Notes under the pieces: model-generated | What the model saw: the letters and a program-made list of their open reading frames with translations, nothing else | Databases searched by the model: none | Told to the model about the DNA's origin: nothing | From: Candidatus Latescibacterota bacterium | GTDB lineage: Bacteria; Latescibacterota; UBA2968; GCA-2709665 | Reading direction: 5' to 3' | NCBI GenBank assembly: GCA_965203805.1 | Contig: OZ241917.1 | Coordinates: forward strand, 3,808,001-3,872,000 | DNA: 64,000 nucleotides | Program-made: the position numbers and the translations under genes | Shown: one piece after another, positions 1 through 10,197 of the stretch | How positions within the stretch are numbered: position 1 is the first letter of the stretch | Layout of the letters: each line of letters starts with the position of its first letter

Positions 1-792
1 GAAGGGCAGCACCATAACGTCCGACGCGTTAAAGAAGAGCTGGAGCTCCTCGTCAGGGAAGAATTCCGCCGTTTGCATGAGAATCCTCGGATCGCCGGCG
101 CGCGCCCGGGCGACCACGTCCGCGCTGTATTCGCTGTTCACCTTGGCGGCGAGGAGCAATCTTAGATGTTCCCCCTGCAGATTGGAAAACGCCTCGAGCA
201 GTCGCTCGACGCCCTTATAGCGTTTTACGTTTCCGAAGAAAAGATACACGAATCCGTCGGGGGCGATCCCCAACGTTCTCCTGGCCTCGACGCGCGACAC
301 CTTGTTCTCGTACACGTCTATGAAATGCCCGTGCGGTATTGTAAATATGCCATGTGTCCGGTGAAAGTGATTCAACACCTGCGTGCGTCCGTACTCGCAA
401 TGCACGATCAGCGCCGTTGCGAGGTGCGTTATGGCGAAGCGCGCAAGGCGGTCCAGGCCCGGATGCGGACGTTCGTGGGGATACAGGTTGTGGACGGTCC
501 ACACGATTCTGTAACCCAATGACCGCGCGCGGGTCAGGTGGCCGATCAGTTCAGAGCATTTTCTGACGCTCTCGCCCATATCGGCCGTGTTGTACATGTA
601 CGACGGCCAATTCAGGTGCAATACGTCCACCCTGTCGCGGTTTTCCACCAGCCACGATTCGCTCAGATCCTCGTCGTATCCGGCTTCGAGGTCTACCCCG
701 AGTCCGGCCATCGCCCTCGCGAGCAAGGATCCGTAGGGGTTGTTTTTTTCGAATCCGAGGCCCGCCCTGCCCCAGTAGAACACCACCCGCAT
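1..792 (-). CDS. GT4-family (GT-B) glycosyltransferase, 3' end runs off the window
   Basis: Not in the ORF track because it is truncated. Manual translation from the ATG at 792 (GGAG RBS upstream) gives MRVVFYWG...VLHLNWP...IVWTVHNLYPHE...IPHGHF...FFGNVKRYKGVERLLEAF...FFNASDVMVLPF, typical GT4 motifs. Confidence 0.85.
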   Translation of the reverse strand, partial: MRVVFYWGRAGLGFEKNNPYGSLLARAMAGLGVDLEAGYDEDLSESWLVENRDRVDVLHLNWPSYMYNTADMGESVRKCSELIGHLTRARSLGYRIVWTVHNLYPHERPHPGLDRLARFAITHLATALIVHCEYGRTQVLNHFHRTHGIFTIPHGHFIDVYENKVSRVEARRTLGIAPDGFVYLFFGNVKRYKGVERLLEAFSNLQGEHLRLLLAAKVNSEYSADVVARARAGDPRILMQTAEFFPDEELQLFFNASDVMVLPF

Positions 793-856
793 ACGTGTCT
801 CCGTGTGAGCCGAATCTCTTCCCTGGCAGCGACGTCGGGAACCGGACGCTACTCCC

Positions 857-2815
857 CTACAACAACATCCTCTTGACGGTCCGGCTCCACCCTTTTTGAA
901 AGTACAGGTCTCCGTTCAAATATACGTTCAGTCCCAGGTTCATCACAAAACAATCCGCGTTGCTCGTAAGCGAACCGGTCGCTTCGGAACGCACGTCGCA
1001 CCCCGGCCACGCGACCGCCGCCTGCTTTTTCGAACGGGTCCAGGCCTCCGCCGGCGTGCGGTTCGACACCCCCATTTCCCCTTCCCCGCCGAACAGAATC
1101 AGGCGGTAACGGTCTTCCAGCACATCGTGCACAACCTGCCACGGCGCGTCGCCGGACCCTGTGGGTCTTGCCGCATGCGGCGAAGGCGAAAACGCAAACG
1201 CCGGATCCGCACCTCCGTTCCATACGGGCAACTCGATCTTCGACGGGATTTCAGGTCCCCAGTGAACAGTGATCCGGCCGGCCCGGGGCGTAGGCCAGAC
1301 GTTCGGGAAATCCGATCCGTTGATGCTGATCCCGATCCGATGCCCCTTTCTGAATCGCCACGCCGTCGCTTCCATATGAAACGCGACCCGGGCGATCTCG
1401 CCCGGAACCAGGGGGACGGCACGATCCATTCCCTCCCGGCGGGTCGAATTCAGTATCCCCTTTGTCACGAGCACGCTGGACCCATCCGGCGCAATCTCCA
1501 ATAACCGGACCGCTATCGGTACCACCTCCACGTCGGAACTGATATACAGGCTGAACGTCGGGGACCCCAGGATCGACACGGGCTCCGCAAGGGGCGGTGA
1601 CGCAAAGTTGATCGCCCGCGCCGAATCCACCCGCTGGTCTCCCGGCAACGTAAAGGGCGTCCCGCCGTCCCACAACCCCCCGTTTCGACATGCAGCCGGC
1701 AGGTAGTCTTCGGAAGCTTCGCCCGCCCCGTCAGCGGGACCATCGGCGAGTACGCCGCCGTGAAGATGGTACGTCCTGGGCGCCTGCCGAGGCAGATCGG
1801 CAGCCATCCGCCATCCACCGGCAATGATGGTGCGATCCGTTACCGGTTCTTCATATTCCCGCTGAAATACCTGAACGGTGGGTTCGTCCGTTACGCCGTT
1901 ATCCATTCCCTTCAGCCAGCAGTCCCACCAGCGCAACAGTTCGTAGAAAATGTCGATACGGGGTCCGCAGTGCGACTGGTCTCCGTAAGCATGGGACCAC
2001 GGCCCCATCAGCAGGCGTTTGGGGGCGTCTAACGCACGGTACACCCGCAACGGCGGCGTTGGGTATCCGTCGTTCCAGCCACCGATCAGCAGGGCCGCCG
2101 CCCGAATCCGATCGTATCGTCCGGCAATCGATCCCACCGCCCAATAGTCATCCTCCACCTGGTGGGAGATCCACTTCAGGAGGTATGGTTCGCTCTCCTT
2201 GAGCCGCTGCCGCCAGATTTCGCTCCATCGATCGCCAACGGCTTCCCGATACGGCGGCAGCCCGTTGCGCGCCACCATATTCAGGCCGTAGGCCAGCATG
2301 TCGTAAAAGCCCCGAAGACACCCGCCCTTGTAATGACAGTCGTCCGTATACCTTCGGTCCGTAAAGTAGGCCGGCGCGATCGCTTTCAGCGCAGGCGGCG
2401 CCTCGGCCGCGACCTGGAGCGTCGTAAAACCGCTGTACGACGTACCCAGCATCCCCACGCGACCGTTGCACCATGGCTGATCCGCCAGCCAGGCGATGGC
2501 ATCGTACCCGTCCTGCGTTTCTTCCACCATATACTCGTCCCTGCTCACGCCCTCCGAATTGCCCGTCCCCCGTGCGTTCAGATAGACGAATGCATATCCC
2601 CGCTCGGCGAAATACCGGGCCATGGACGATGTGGCGCCGTCGGATCCGCTGCGATACGGATCGTACCACACCAGCGCGGGAAACGCGTTATCGGACACCG
2701 GCCGGGTAATGGCCGAGCCCAGCGTGATCCCGTCACGTGTTGGAATTCGATATCGATTGCTCGTGCGGAACCCGTACTCGGCAGGGGAGCAGATTCGTCT
2801 CTTCGATACATTCAC
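857..2815 (-). CDS. CocE/NonD family hydrolase (peptidase S15-like)
   Basis: RDGITL, RGTGNSEG, nucleophile GTSYSG, GPWSH and a C-terminal jelly-roll. Start moved to the GTG at 2815 (GGTGAGG RBS) because the longer ORF overlaps the divergent UbiD gene. Confidence 0.88.
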   Translation of the reverse strand: MNVSKRRICSPAEYGFRTSNRYRIPTRDGITLGSAITRPVSDNAFPALVWYDPYRSGSDGATSSMARYFAERGYAFVYLNARGTGNSEGVSRDEYMVEETQDGYDAIAWLADQPWCNGRVGMLGTSYSGFTTLQVAAEAPPALKAIAPAYFTDRRYTDDCHYKGGCLRGFYDMLAYGLNMVARNGLPPYREAVGDRWSEIWRQRLKESEPYLLKWISHQVEDDYWAVGSIAGRYDRIRAAALLIGGWNDGYPTPPLRVYRALDAPKRLLMGPWSHAYGDQSHCGPRIDIFYELLRWWDCWLKGMDNGVTDEPTVQVFQREYEEPVTDRTIIAGGWRMAADLPRQAPRTYHLHGGVLADGPADGAGEASEDYLPAACRNGGLWDGGTPFTLPGDQRVDSARAINFASPPLAEPVSILGSPTFSLYISSDVEVVPIAVRLLEIAPDGSSVLVTKGILNSTRREGMDRAVPLVPGEIARVAFHMEATAWRFRKGHRIGISINGSDFPNVWPTPRAGRITVHWGPEIPSKIELPVWNGGADPAFAFSPSPHAARPTGSGDAPWQVVHDVLEDRYRLILFGGEGEMGVSNRTPAEAWTRSKKQAAVAWPGCDVRSEATGSLTSNADCFVMNLGLNVYLNGDLYFQKGWSRTVKRMLL

Positions 2816-2917
2816 CGGTCGTCCCTCACCTTTATATTGACAGCGCCATCCGGATTGTTTACCTACGTGTCCTGTCCCAATAGCACCTCGCCGTAAATCG
2901 ATAGGGTCGAGGAATCG

Positions 2918-4747
2918 ATGCGTTACAGAAGCATGCGCCACTGCGTCCATGACCTGGAAAAACACGGCCACCTCGTCCGCATCCGGGATGAAGTCGATCC
3001 GGACCTCGAAATGGCCGAAATTCACCGCCGCGTGTATCGGTCACGCGGTCCCGCCGTGTTCTACGAAAACGTCAAGGGCAGCGCCTTTCCGGCCGTGTCG
3101 AACCTCTTCGGCACCCTGGAACGGTCCCGCTTCATCTTCCGTACCACACTGAAGTGGGTCAGGCGTCTTATCGAGATCAAGGCCGATCCACCGGCCTATC
3201 TGAAGGCGCCCTGGAGAGCCGCGGGCATCGCCAGCATCGCGCCGAACATCCCGCCCCGACGGGTCCGGTCCGGCCCCGTCCTTGAACATACAACCACGGT
3301 CGCCCGTCTCCCGCAGATCAGGTGCTGGCCGGACGATGGCGGCGCTTTTATCCTGCTTCCCCAGGTCTACACCGAAGATCCCATGAATCCCGGTATCCTC
3401 AATTCCAACCTCGGGATGTACAGGATTCAGATGTCGGGCAACCGGTATGAACCCGACAGAGAGGTCGGGCTGCATTACCAGATCAGGCGGGACATCGGCA
3501 TCCACCATACAAATGCCATTGCAAAGGGCGAGCCGCTTCGCGCCAGCGTCTTCGTCGGCGGACCGCCCGCCCACACGTTTGCGGCGGTAATGCCCCTTCC
3601 CGAAGGCCTGCCCGAAGTCGCGTTCGCGGGAGGTCTGGCCGGCCGCCGCTTCCGTTACGCACTAAAAAACGGCTTCACCGTTTCCGCCGAAGCCGATTTC
3701 TGCATCACGGGCGCAGTCAATCCCGGCGAAACCCTTCCCGAAGGTCCGTTCGGCGACCACCTGGGTTATTACAGCCTGGCGCACGAGTTCCCCGTGCTGC
3801 GCGTCGATGCCGTCTATCACCGCAAGGACGCCGTCTGGCCCTTCACCGTTGTTGGCCGCCCGCCCCAGGAAGACACGGCGTTCGGAGAACTCATCCACGA
3901 ATTGACGGGCCCTATGGTGCCGGTCGAACTACCGGGCCTGAAGGCCATCAACGCCGTCGACGCCGCCGGCGTCCACCCCCTGCTCCTGGCCATCGGCAGC
4001 GAGCGTTACGTGCCCTATCGGGAACGGCAACCCCAGGAGATCCTCACCATTGCCAATGCGCTGCTGGGGTTCGGCGCGTGCTCGCTCGCCAAGTATCTGC
4101 TGATCGTCGCGGGCGAAGACAATCCGCAACTGGACATTCACGACATCGCGGACTTTCTACGGCATCTCCTCGAACGCGTGGACTGGAACCGCGACCTCCA
4201 TTTCCAGACCCGCACGACCATCGATACCCTGGACTATTCCGGCACCGGCCTGAACGAAGGTTCCAAGGTCGTGATCGCCGCGGCGGGCCCCAAAAAGCGG
4301 GAACTGCCAATCGAAATTCCACGCGACCTGGTCCTGCCCTCAGAACTGAAGAATCCGAAAGTCGCGCTACCGGGAATCCTGGCCGTCGAAGCGCCAACAT
4401 TCAACGCTCCGAGCGGCGCAGAAACGGCGCAGCGGCTGACCGCAGCACTGGAATCGGTGGAACAGGTCCGGGGATTTCCACTGATCCTGCTCGTGGACGA
4501 CGCCGACTTCACCGCGCGGACGCTGAACAACCTCCTGTGGGTCACGTTTACCCGGTCCAACCCCTCTCACGACGTTTACGGCATCGGGAGTTTCATCGAA
4601 AACAAACACTGGGGCTGCCGCGGACCGCTAGTCATCGACGCCCGCCTCAAACCCCATCATGCGCCGCCTCTCGTTGAAGACCCCGGCGTCACCCGCAAAG
4701 TCGACCGCCTGGGCGAGCGCAACGGCCCCCTGCACGGCATTATCTGA
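2918..4747 (+). CDS. UbiD-family (prFMN-dependent) decarboxylase, long 609-aa form
   Basis: NLGMYRIQ, EGPFGDHLGYYS, GRPPQED and IDTLDYSG motifs. Confidence 0.9.
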   Translation: MRYRSMRHCVHDLEKHGHLVRIRDEVDPDLEMAEIHRRVYRSRGPAVFYENVKGSAFPAVSNLFGTLERSRFIFRTTLKWVRRLIEIKADPPAYLKAPWRAAGIASIAPNIPPRRVRSGPVLEHTTTVARLPQIRCWPDDGGAFILLPQVYTEDPMNPGILNSNLGMYRIQMSGNRYEPDREVGLHYQIRRDIGIHHTNAIAKGEPLRASVFVGGPPAHTFAAVMPLPEGLPEVAFAGGLAGRRFRYALKNGFTVSAEADFCITGAVNPGETLPEGPFGDHLGYYSLAHEFPVLRVDAVYHRKDAVWPFTVVGRPPQEDTAFGELIHELTGPMVPVELPGLKAINAVDAAGVHPLLLAIGSERYVPYRERQPQEILTIANALLGFGACSLAKYLLIVAGEDNPQLDIHDIADFLRHLLERVDWNRDLHFQTRTTIDTLDYSGTGLNEGSKVVIAAAGPKKRELPIEIPRDLVLPSELKNPKVALPGILAVEAPTFNAPSGAETAQRLTAALESVEQVRGFPLILLVDDADFTARTLNNLLWVTFTRSNPSHDVYGIGSFIENKHWGCRGPLVIDARLKPHHAPPLVEDPGVTRKVDRLGERNGPLHGII

Positions 4748-4753
4748 AGCACA

Positions 4754-6187
4754 TCAATAAAGATCGTCCGCCGTTGTTGTTGCACACCACCGCGCGGTAA
4801 ACAGCGCGTCCAGCAGGGCCCTCCGCGCCCCCGGCGTACCGATGCGTCGCAGGGCCAGCCCGGCGTAGAACCGGTTGTAGCGGTTCTCGTCCTCCAGCGC
4901 CTCTACCAGGTCGCCCACCGCCGGGTCTCCCGCCTCTCCGAGGTTGCAAAGCAAAAGCGCGGCGTTGCGCCGTACCCGGTAATCGGGGTCCTTTACCGCC
5001 AGGAACACCGCCGGCAGGACGTCCTCGGAGTCCGCCCCGATAGCGCGCAACGCTTCGAGCGCATTGCGACGCACCCACCAGTGATCGTCGCCGACCTTCT
5101 CGAGAAGACCGGACACTGCTTCTTGAGCGTCCGGGCCCGTCCGGGCGAGCACGTCCGCCGCCATCGCACGAATCCACCAGTGATCGTCCTCGAGCACCTC
5201 CAGCAGCGCGGGTACAGCCGGCGCGCCCATGGTCGACAATGCGCGCGCGGCCGCCCCGGGCGTGGGATTGGTCCCGTGAGCGTTGTCCGGCGTCGTAGCC
5301 GTCGTTTCCTCGATCGCAGCGAGTGTCTCCCTGCGCATCGCGTCAACCAGAACTGGGATCGATGCCCTGTCACTTGCCAGCGCATACGCTGTATTGATAC
5401 GCACGCACTCGTCCTCGTCGAACAGCCCGGCTTCCTTTACATCCCCGTTCGCGTCCGCACGCCCGTTGGCGCCCTGCCCCTGCAACCAGCGCCACACATC
5501 CTGCGATGCGGCCGGATTGGCGTCGTCGCCGGGCGGCGTCCAGGCCTGCTCCTGAAGATTCCAGTTGGGCGCATGCGGCGACGTCATACGAGTGAACTGG
5601 AATTTCAGCATATAACGTTTGTTGTCGCTCACATTGGGCGTTGCCCGGTGCCAGGAGTCGAAATGCATCAACGTCACGATCCCGGCATCGCCGCAGATGG
5701 CATACCCGGGCTCGCGGGTTTCGTCCGGGTTGGGGTCTGAAATGGTCTTATAGTTCTGCATGCGCGGAATCACACCCGACGGACCCATATCTATCGTGGT
5801 GTCCTGCGGATAATAGAAGGCCAGCACCCACTGAAAACGTGGATGTCGGATATTGTGGTCGAAGACGTAACAGTCCTTGTGCCAACTCTGCCCGCCGCTT
5901 CCCGGCGGATTCAAATGGCAGTGCCGGTGCGGATTCATGATATAGTCGGGTCCGAGAAGGCTCTTCAATGCGCCGCGCACGACGGGCTGATTGAACACCT
6001 TCTGGATTCGGGGTACCCGCGGCAGAATATTGTTCCCGACGTTGCCTTCCTTTTCGAAAACGGTCTCGATCTCATCGTAGATCTTACCGTGCATGTCGGG
6101 GATCGCATCGGTCTGTACAGTAATGTACCCATCCAGAATGAAGCGCTGTATCTGCGCATCCGTCAGAAGATGATTGTCCTGCGCCAT
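4754..6187 (-). CDS. Phytanoyl-CoA dioxygenase (PhyH)-family domain fused to HEAT/PBS-lyase repeats
   Basis: WHKD...WHRA Fe-binding triad. C-terminal repeats LLEVLEDDHWWIRAMAA / DDHWWVRRNA / DPDYRVRRNA. AGGAGG RBS before the ATG at 6187. Confidence 0.85.
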   Translation of the reverse strand: MAQDNHLLTDAQIQRFILDGYITVQTDAIPDMHGKIYDEIETVFEKEGNVGNNILPRVPRIQKVFNQPVVRGALKSLLGPDYIMNPHRHCHLNPPGSGGQSWHKDCYVFDHNIRHPRFQWVLAFYYPQDTTIDMGPSGVIPRMQNYKTISDPNPDETREPGYAICGDAGIVTLMHFDSWHRATPNVSDNKRYMLKFQFTRMTSPHAPNWNLQEQAWTPPGDDANPAASQDVWRWLQGQGANGRADANGDVKEAGLFDEDECVRINTAYALASDRASIPVLVDAMRRETLAAIEETTATTPDNAHGTNPTPGAAARALSTMGAPAVPALLEVLEDDHWWIRAMAADVLARTGPDAQEAVSGLLEKVGDDHWWVRRNALEALRAIGADSEDVLPAVFLAVKDPDYRVRRNAALLLCNLGEAGDPAVGDLVEALEDENRYNRFYAGLALRRIGTPGARRALLDALFTARWCATTTADDLY

Positions 6188-6213
6188 TACTCGACCTCCT
6201 TGTACGTCGGCGT

Positions 6214-8061
6214 TCACCGCGTTGCCGCAGACCCCGTTGCCCGTGCCATATTCACCGCCTCTACGACCTGTTCAACCGTATAGAAGTCGCTCTTGAACAC
6301 CTCATGTCCGCCGGGCGTATAGATGACAAGCAGCGGGATGGTCAACCGGCCGGTTTTTCGCAGCTTTTCCTTGCCGACCGGGTTATTGCCGGTTATATCC
6401 ACCTTGACGGGCGCCACGTCGGGACGCGCCAACACCGTCGCCACCTCAGGACTTTGCAGCACGTTGTGCTCGAGCACTTTGCAGTTCAGGCACCACTCCG
6501 CGGTGAAATCCATCACCACAACCCGGCCATCCTCCAGCGCCTCTTCGAACCGCGCGGGCGTATAGTAAATCCAGTCGATCGGCCCTTTGTCCGTAAACCG
6601 CACGGCGCCGATTGCGGAGAACACGACAAGCGCCGCGCCAAGACACCCGAAGACTGCCCGCCGTCCGGTCCGGGCGGTGATCTGAAGCGTACCGTACACC
6701 AGCCAGAATCCTGCGGCAGCGCCAAATGCCATCACGGGCCACCAGTATCCCGTGCCCGGAGGGTCCGGAGGCGTGACGACAAGCGCGCTAAGCCCCACGC
6801 CCACGAAATAGGCCGCCGCCGCCAGCATCAACAACCCCATCACCTGCTTGATCAACTCGCTGGCCGGGCCCGTGCGGGGCATCCGGTCCACCAGCGCGGG
6901 AAAGACGGACAGTGCCAGGTACGGCGCGGCCATCCCGCCGCCGATCGCGGCGAACGTCAGCAGCGTCGTCCCGGGATATTGCGTGGCTGCCCACGCCGCC
7001 GCGGCGCCCATAAACGGCGCGGTGCACGGGGTGGAAAGTACCGCCGTCATGATGCCGAAACCGAACGAACCCCCGAGGCTGTCGTGTCCGGGGTTGAACC
7101 GGTAGACAGCCTGCGGCAAACGGACATAGAACAGCCCGCACATGCCAACCGCCATGGCGGCAATAATCAGCCCGACCAGGATCGTGAACATCGGATACTG
7201 GAAAAGCTGGTTGGTCGCCGTAAATCCGCTGATGCCGGCAATCATCGTCCCGAGCGCCAGCCAGAAGGCCACGACGCCCAGCGACATGGTGGTCCCCAGC
7301 ACGAGACGCCGGGTGGGGTTGTCCGCGGACTGCGCCAGGCCGATGATCTTGATGGGGATGACAGGAAGCACGCAGGGCGTCAGATTCAGCAACCCGCCGC
7401 CGAACGCGGCCACGATGAGAAGCAGAATCAGACCTGCCCCGGACGACGTATCGATCAGGAACGTCCAGCCGAACAGATCGAAACGCACCCCGGTTCCGGC
7501 CGTCCCGGCGCCCGCCGACTCGTAATCTTCGAACAACATGGAATTCATACGGTTTACGGGCTTGCCCGCGCCAACGACAGGCAGCGCCGCCTCCAGCACA
7601 ACCGTATTCGGAATAAAGCAGGTAAATTCATCGCACGCCTGGTACTCGACCTCGAGTTTAAGCCGCTGCGATCCCGGCGGCACCTCCTCGCCCACCTTTA
7701 TGGGAAGGTAAAAAACCGTCTGACCCTCGTACACCATGAGATCACCGTCGGCATAGTCTGCCTGTATCGGATGGGGCTTCGGAAAACGAACGGCTTCCAG
7801 CGTCAGCCCGGCCGCCGCCTCCAGGATTCGAACGTCGGAAGGATACGGTTCGAAATCGCCGACAGCCAGCGCCTGCGCCGGATCGGGGTTGATATGAAAT
7901 CCATCGTCAATATCCACCACGATGGCCAGCGCCACGAGGTCGCCCGGGCGCGCAGCGTCGACCGGCCAGGCCGTGCTTACCCTGACCTTTTCCTGCGCCG
8001 ATACGGGTGGATTTGCGAAAAAAAGTGCAAACGCCAGGGCAATCAAATACGATTTTTTCAT
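6214..8061 (-). CDS. DsbD-like thiol:disulfide interchange protein (N-terminal DsbD domain, CcdA membrane domain, thioredoxin)
   Basis: Signal peptide MKKSYLIA, QACDEFTC, LTPCVLP, STPCTAP and FTAEWCLNCK. GAGGAG RBS before 8061. Confidence 0.9.
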   Translation of the reverse strand: MKKSYLIALAFALFFANPPVSAQEKVRVSTAWPVDAARPGDLVALAIVVDIDDGFHINPDPAQALAVGDFEPYPSDVRILEAAAGLTLEAVRFPKPHPIQADYADGDLMVYEGQTVFYLPIKVGEEVPPGSQRLKLEVEYQACDEFTCFIPNTVVLEAALPVVGAGKPVNRMNSMLFEDYESAGAGTAGTGVRFDLFGWTFLIDTSSGAGLILLLIVAAFGGGLLNLTPCVLPVIPIKIIGLAQSADNPTRRLVLGTTMSLGVVAFWLALGTMIAGISGFTATNQLFQYPMFTILVGLIIAAMAVGMCGLFYVRLPQAVYRFNPGHDSLGGSFGFGIMTAVLSTPCTAPFMGAAAAWAATQYPGTTLLTFAAIGGGMAAPYLALSVFPALVDRMPRTGPASELIKQVMGLLMLAAAAYFVGVGLSALVVTPPDPPGTGYWWPVMAFGAAAGFWLVYGTLQITARTGRRAVFGCLGAALVVFSAIGAVRFTDKGPIDWIYYTPARFEEALEDGRVVVMDFTAEWCLNCKVLEHNVLQSPEVATVLARPDVAPVKVDITGNNPVGKEKLRKTGRLTIPLLVIYTPGGHEVFKSDFYTVEQVVEAVNMARATGSAATR

Positions 8062-8263
8062 AGGGGGCCACTCCTCAAGGCTACATCGTCCTGCACGGCT
8101 TCTCCTTCGGGGTAAAGAAACGAAAAGTGGTCCGGATGGCAACGCTTTTTTCTTTACAAACAACGCGTGCGGGCCTTAATTTATGTCGAAAAAATGCCTT
8201 CCCTGCGACCCTGCCGTGCGGGTCCGGTTTTTTGTTCAGAACCGCATTCGGAGAATTCCTTCC

Positions 8264-8812
8264 TTGCATTTCCTGCGTGCCTATGTCGGCTTTGCGAACC
8301 GGTTGAACGAAGGCATTGGCGTTGCCGTATCGTGGCTTACGACGGTCCTGGTGGCTGTCGTCTGCTACGACGTGTTTACGCGGTATCTGCTGAAAAGCAG
8401 CCTTGTGGCGGTGCAGGAGCTGCAATGGCACCTGTTTGCGGTCATTTTCCTGATCGGCGCGGCCTATACCCTGAAACACGGCAAACATGTGCGCGTGGAC
8501 GTCTTCTACAACCGCTTCTCCGCGAGAACCAGGGCCTGGGTGGATTTCGTCGGCAGCCTCCTTTTTCTTGTCCCCTTCTGTCTGGTCGCCATCTGGTGTT
8601 CCCACACGTTTGTCATTAACGCGTTCGTTATCGGGGAAGGGTCGCCCGATCCCGGCGGACTGCCCGCGCGATTCATCCTCAAAGCCGCCATTCCGGCAGG
8701 CTTTTTTCTGCTGACCTTGCAGGGCCTCGCGCTGGCATTCGATTCGTTCTTCAGAATCGCGGGCGACGAGGGTACCGACCTTGAAACCGGACGACAGGGG
8801 GCGGACGCATGA
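8264..8812 (+). CDS. TRAP transporter small permease (DctQ)
   Basis: [24 protein letters not shown] and four TM segments. Start at the TTG at 8264 inferred from a GGAG RBS; the ORF is open from 8183. Confidence 0.88.
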   Translation: MHFLRAYVGFANRLNEGIGVAVSWLTTVLVAVVCYDVFTRYLLKSSLVAVQELQWHLFAVIFLIGAAYTLKHGKHVRVDVFYNRFSARTRAWVDFVGSLLFLVPFCLVAIWCSHTFVINAFVIGEGSPDPGGLPARFILKAAIPAGFFLLTLQGLALAFDSFFRIAGDEGTDLETGRQGADA

Positions 8813-10128
8813 TCGAAGCCATGCCGCTCATCCTGTTCGGCGTCCTGTTTGTGCTGCTCCTGTTCGGATTCCCGGTGGCGTTCACGCTGGGCGGCGTTTC
8901 CTTCATCCTGGGTTATCTCACGTTCGGCATCGATTTCTTCAATCTGCTGCCCCTGCGCATCTGGGGCGTGATGACAAACTACGTGCTCATCGCGGTCCCC
9001 CTGTTCGTCTATATGGGCGTCATGCTTGAGAAATCCGGGCTTGCCGAGGAACTGCTGGAGACGATGGCGCTGCTCTTCGGGAAGCTGCGCGGCGGTCTTG
9101 CGGTTTCCGTCATCGTCGTGGGCGCCCTGCTGGGTGCATCCACAGGCATCGTCGGGGCGACCGTCGTCACCATGGGTCTCCTGAGCCTGCCGACCATGCT
9201 CAGACGCGGCTACCGCACCGAACTGGCCACCGGTATCATCTCCGCGTCCGGCACGCTGGGTCAGATCATCCCGCCCAGCATCGTCCTGGTGTTGCTGGGC
9301 AGCATCCTGAATATTTCCATCGGCGACATGTTCATTGCAGCCGTGATTCCGGGTCTTTGTCTCGTGGGACTCTACCTGACCTGGATCGTGATTGTCGCCC
9401 TTACAAGACCGGAGTCCGCGCCCGCCATGCCAGGGGAGGACCTGGAACGTTTTGTGGGCGCCGTCAGGATCAAACAGACCATTCACGCCTTCCTGCTGCC
9501 CGGACTGTTGATCACGGCCGTCCTGGGATCCATCTTCGCAGGTGTCGCCTCTCCCACCGAAGCCGCCGCGGTGGGCGCCCTCGGGGCAACCGTCCTTACG
9601 CTGTGCAAGCGGAAATTATCCCTCGATACCCTCAAATCGGTCATGGCCGAGACCACCCACCTGACCTGCATGGTCTTCATCATCCTGGTTGGCGCTACCG
9701 CCTTCGGCCTTGTTTTCAGGGGACTGCACGGCGACGCGTATCTCACCCGATTGATCGTGGAAGCCGACCCGGGGCCACACGTTTTCCTCGCGCTCGTAAT
9801 GGTCGTTATTTTTATCGCCGGGTTCTTTATAGATTTCATCGAGATTACGTTCATCATCGTTCCGGTTGTCGCGCCAATCTTCGCGCACCTGGGCGTGGAC
9901 CTTCTCTGGGTGGGCATCCTTATTGCGATGAACCTGCAGACGTCTTTCCTGACCCCGCCATTCGGATTTTCCCTGTTCTACCTGAAAGGCGTCGCGCCGC
10001 CCGAGGTTCGGACGGGCCACATTTATCGCGGCATTATACCCTTTATCGTCGTGCAGCTCATTGGCCTCACGCTGGTCATCGTCTTTCCCGAAGTGGCCAC
10101 GTGGCTGCCGCGGTACCTGGCGTCGTGA
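8809..10128 (+). CDS. TRAP transporter large permease (DctM)
   Basis: [19 protein letters not shown] and FLTPPFG motifs. ATGA overlap with dctQ. Confidence 0.93.
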   Translation: MIEAMPLILFGVLFVLLLFGFPVAFTLGGVSFILGYLTFGIDFFNLLPLRIWGVMTNYVLIAVPLFVYMGVMLEKSGLAEELLETMALLFGKLRGGLAVSVIVVGALLGASTGIVGATVVTMGLLSLPTMLRRGYRTELATGIISASGTLGQIIPPSIVLVLLGSILNISIGDMFIAAVIPGLCLVGLYLTWIVIVALTRPESAPAMPGEDLERFVGAVRIKQTIHAFLLPGLLITAVLGSIFAGVASPTEAAAVGALGATVLTLCKRKLSLDTLKSVMAETTHLTCMVFIILVGATAFGLVFRGLHGDAYLTRLIVEADPGPHVFLALVMVVIFIAGFFIDFIEITFIIVPVVAPIFAHLGVDLLWVGILIAMNLQTSFLTPPFGFSLFYLKGVAPPEVRTGHIYRGIIPFIVVQLIGLTLVIVFPEVATWLPRYLAS

Positions 10129-10141
10129 TCGAAAACAAAAA

Positions 10142-10170
10142 ACAGGGACGCGTCTCTAACGCATCCCTGT
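10142..10170. terminator. Hairpin between convergent dctM and dctP
   Basis: ACAGGGACGCGT...ACGCATCCCTGT preceded by an A-tract (a U-tract on the minus strand). Confidence 0.55.
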
Positions 10171-10197
10171 CTGAAAAGACTGCCGTGTTCAGATCCG

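Noticed and set aside
166-876. Short plus-strand ORFs at the window start
   Set aside because: They are antisense to the truncated glycosyltransferase at 1-792, which the ORF track omits.
2816-3025. N-terminal extension of the CocE ORF
   Set aside because: It overlaps the divergent UbiD start, and a better RBS precedes the GTG at 2815.
6304-8115. 603-aa ORF antisense to the DsbD-like gene
   Set aside because: Shadow ORF typical of high-GC coding DNA; Arg/His/Gln-rich with no motifs.
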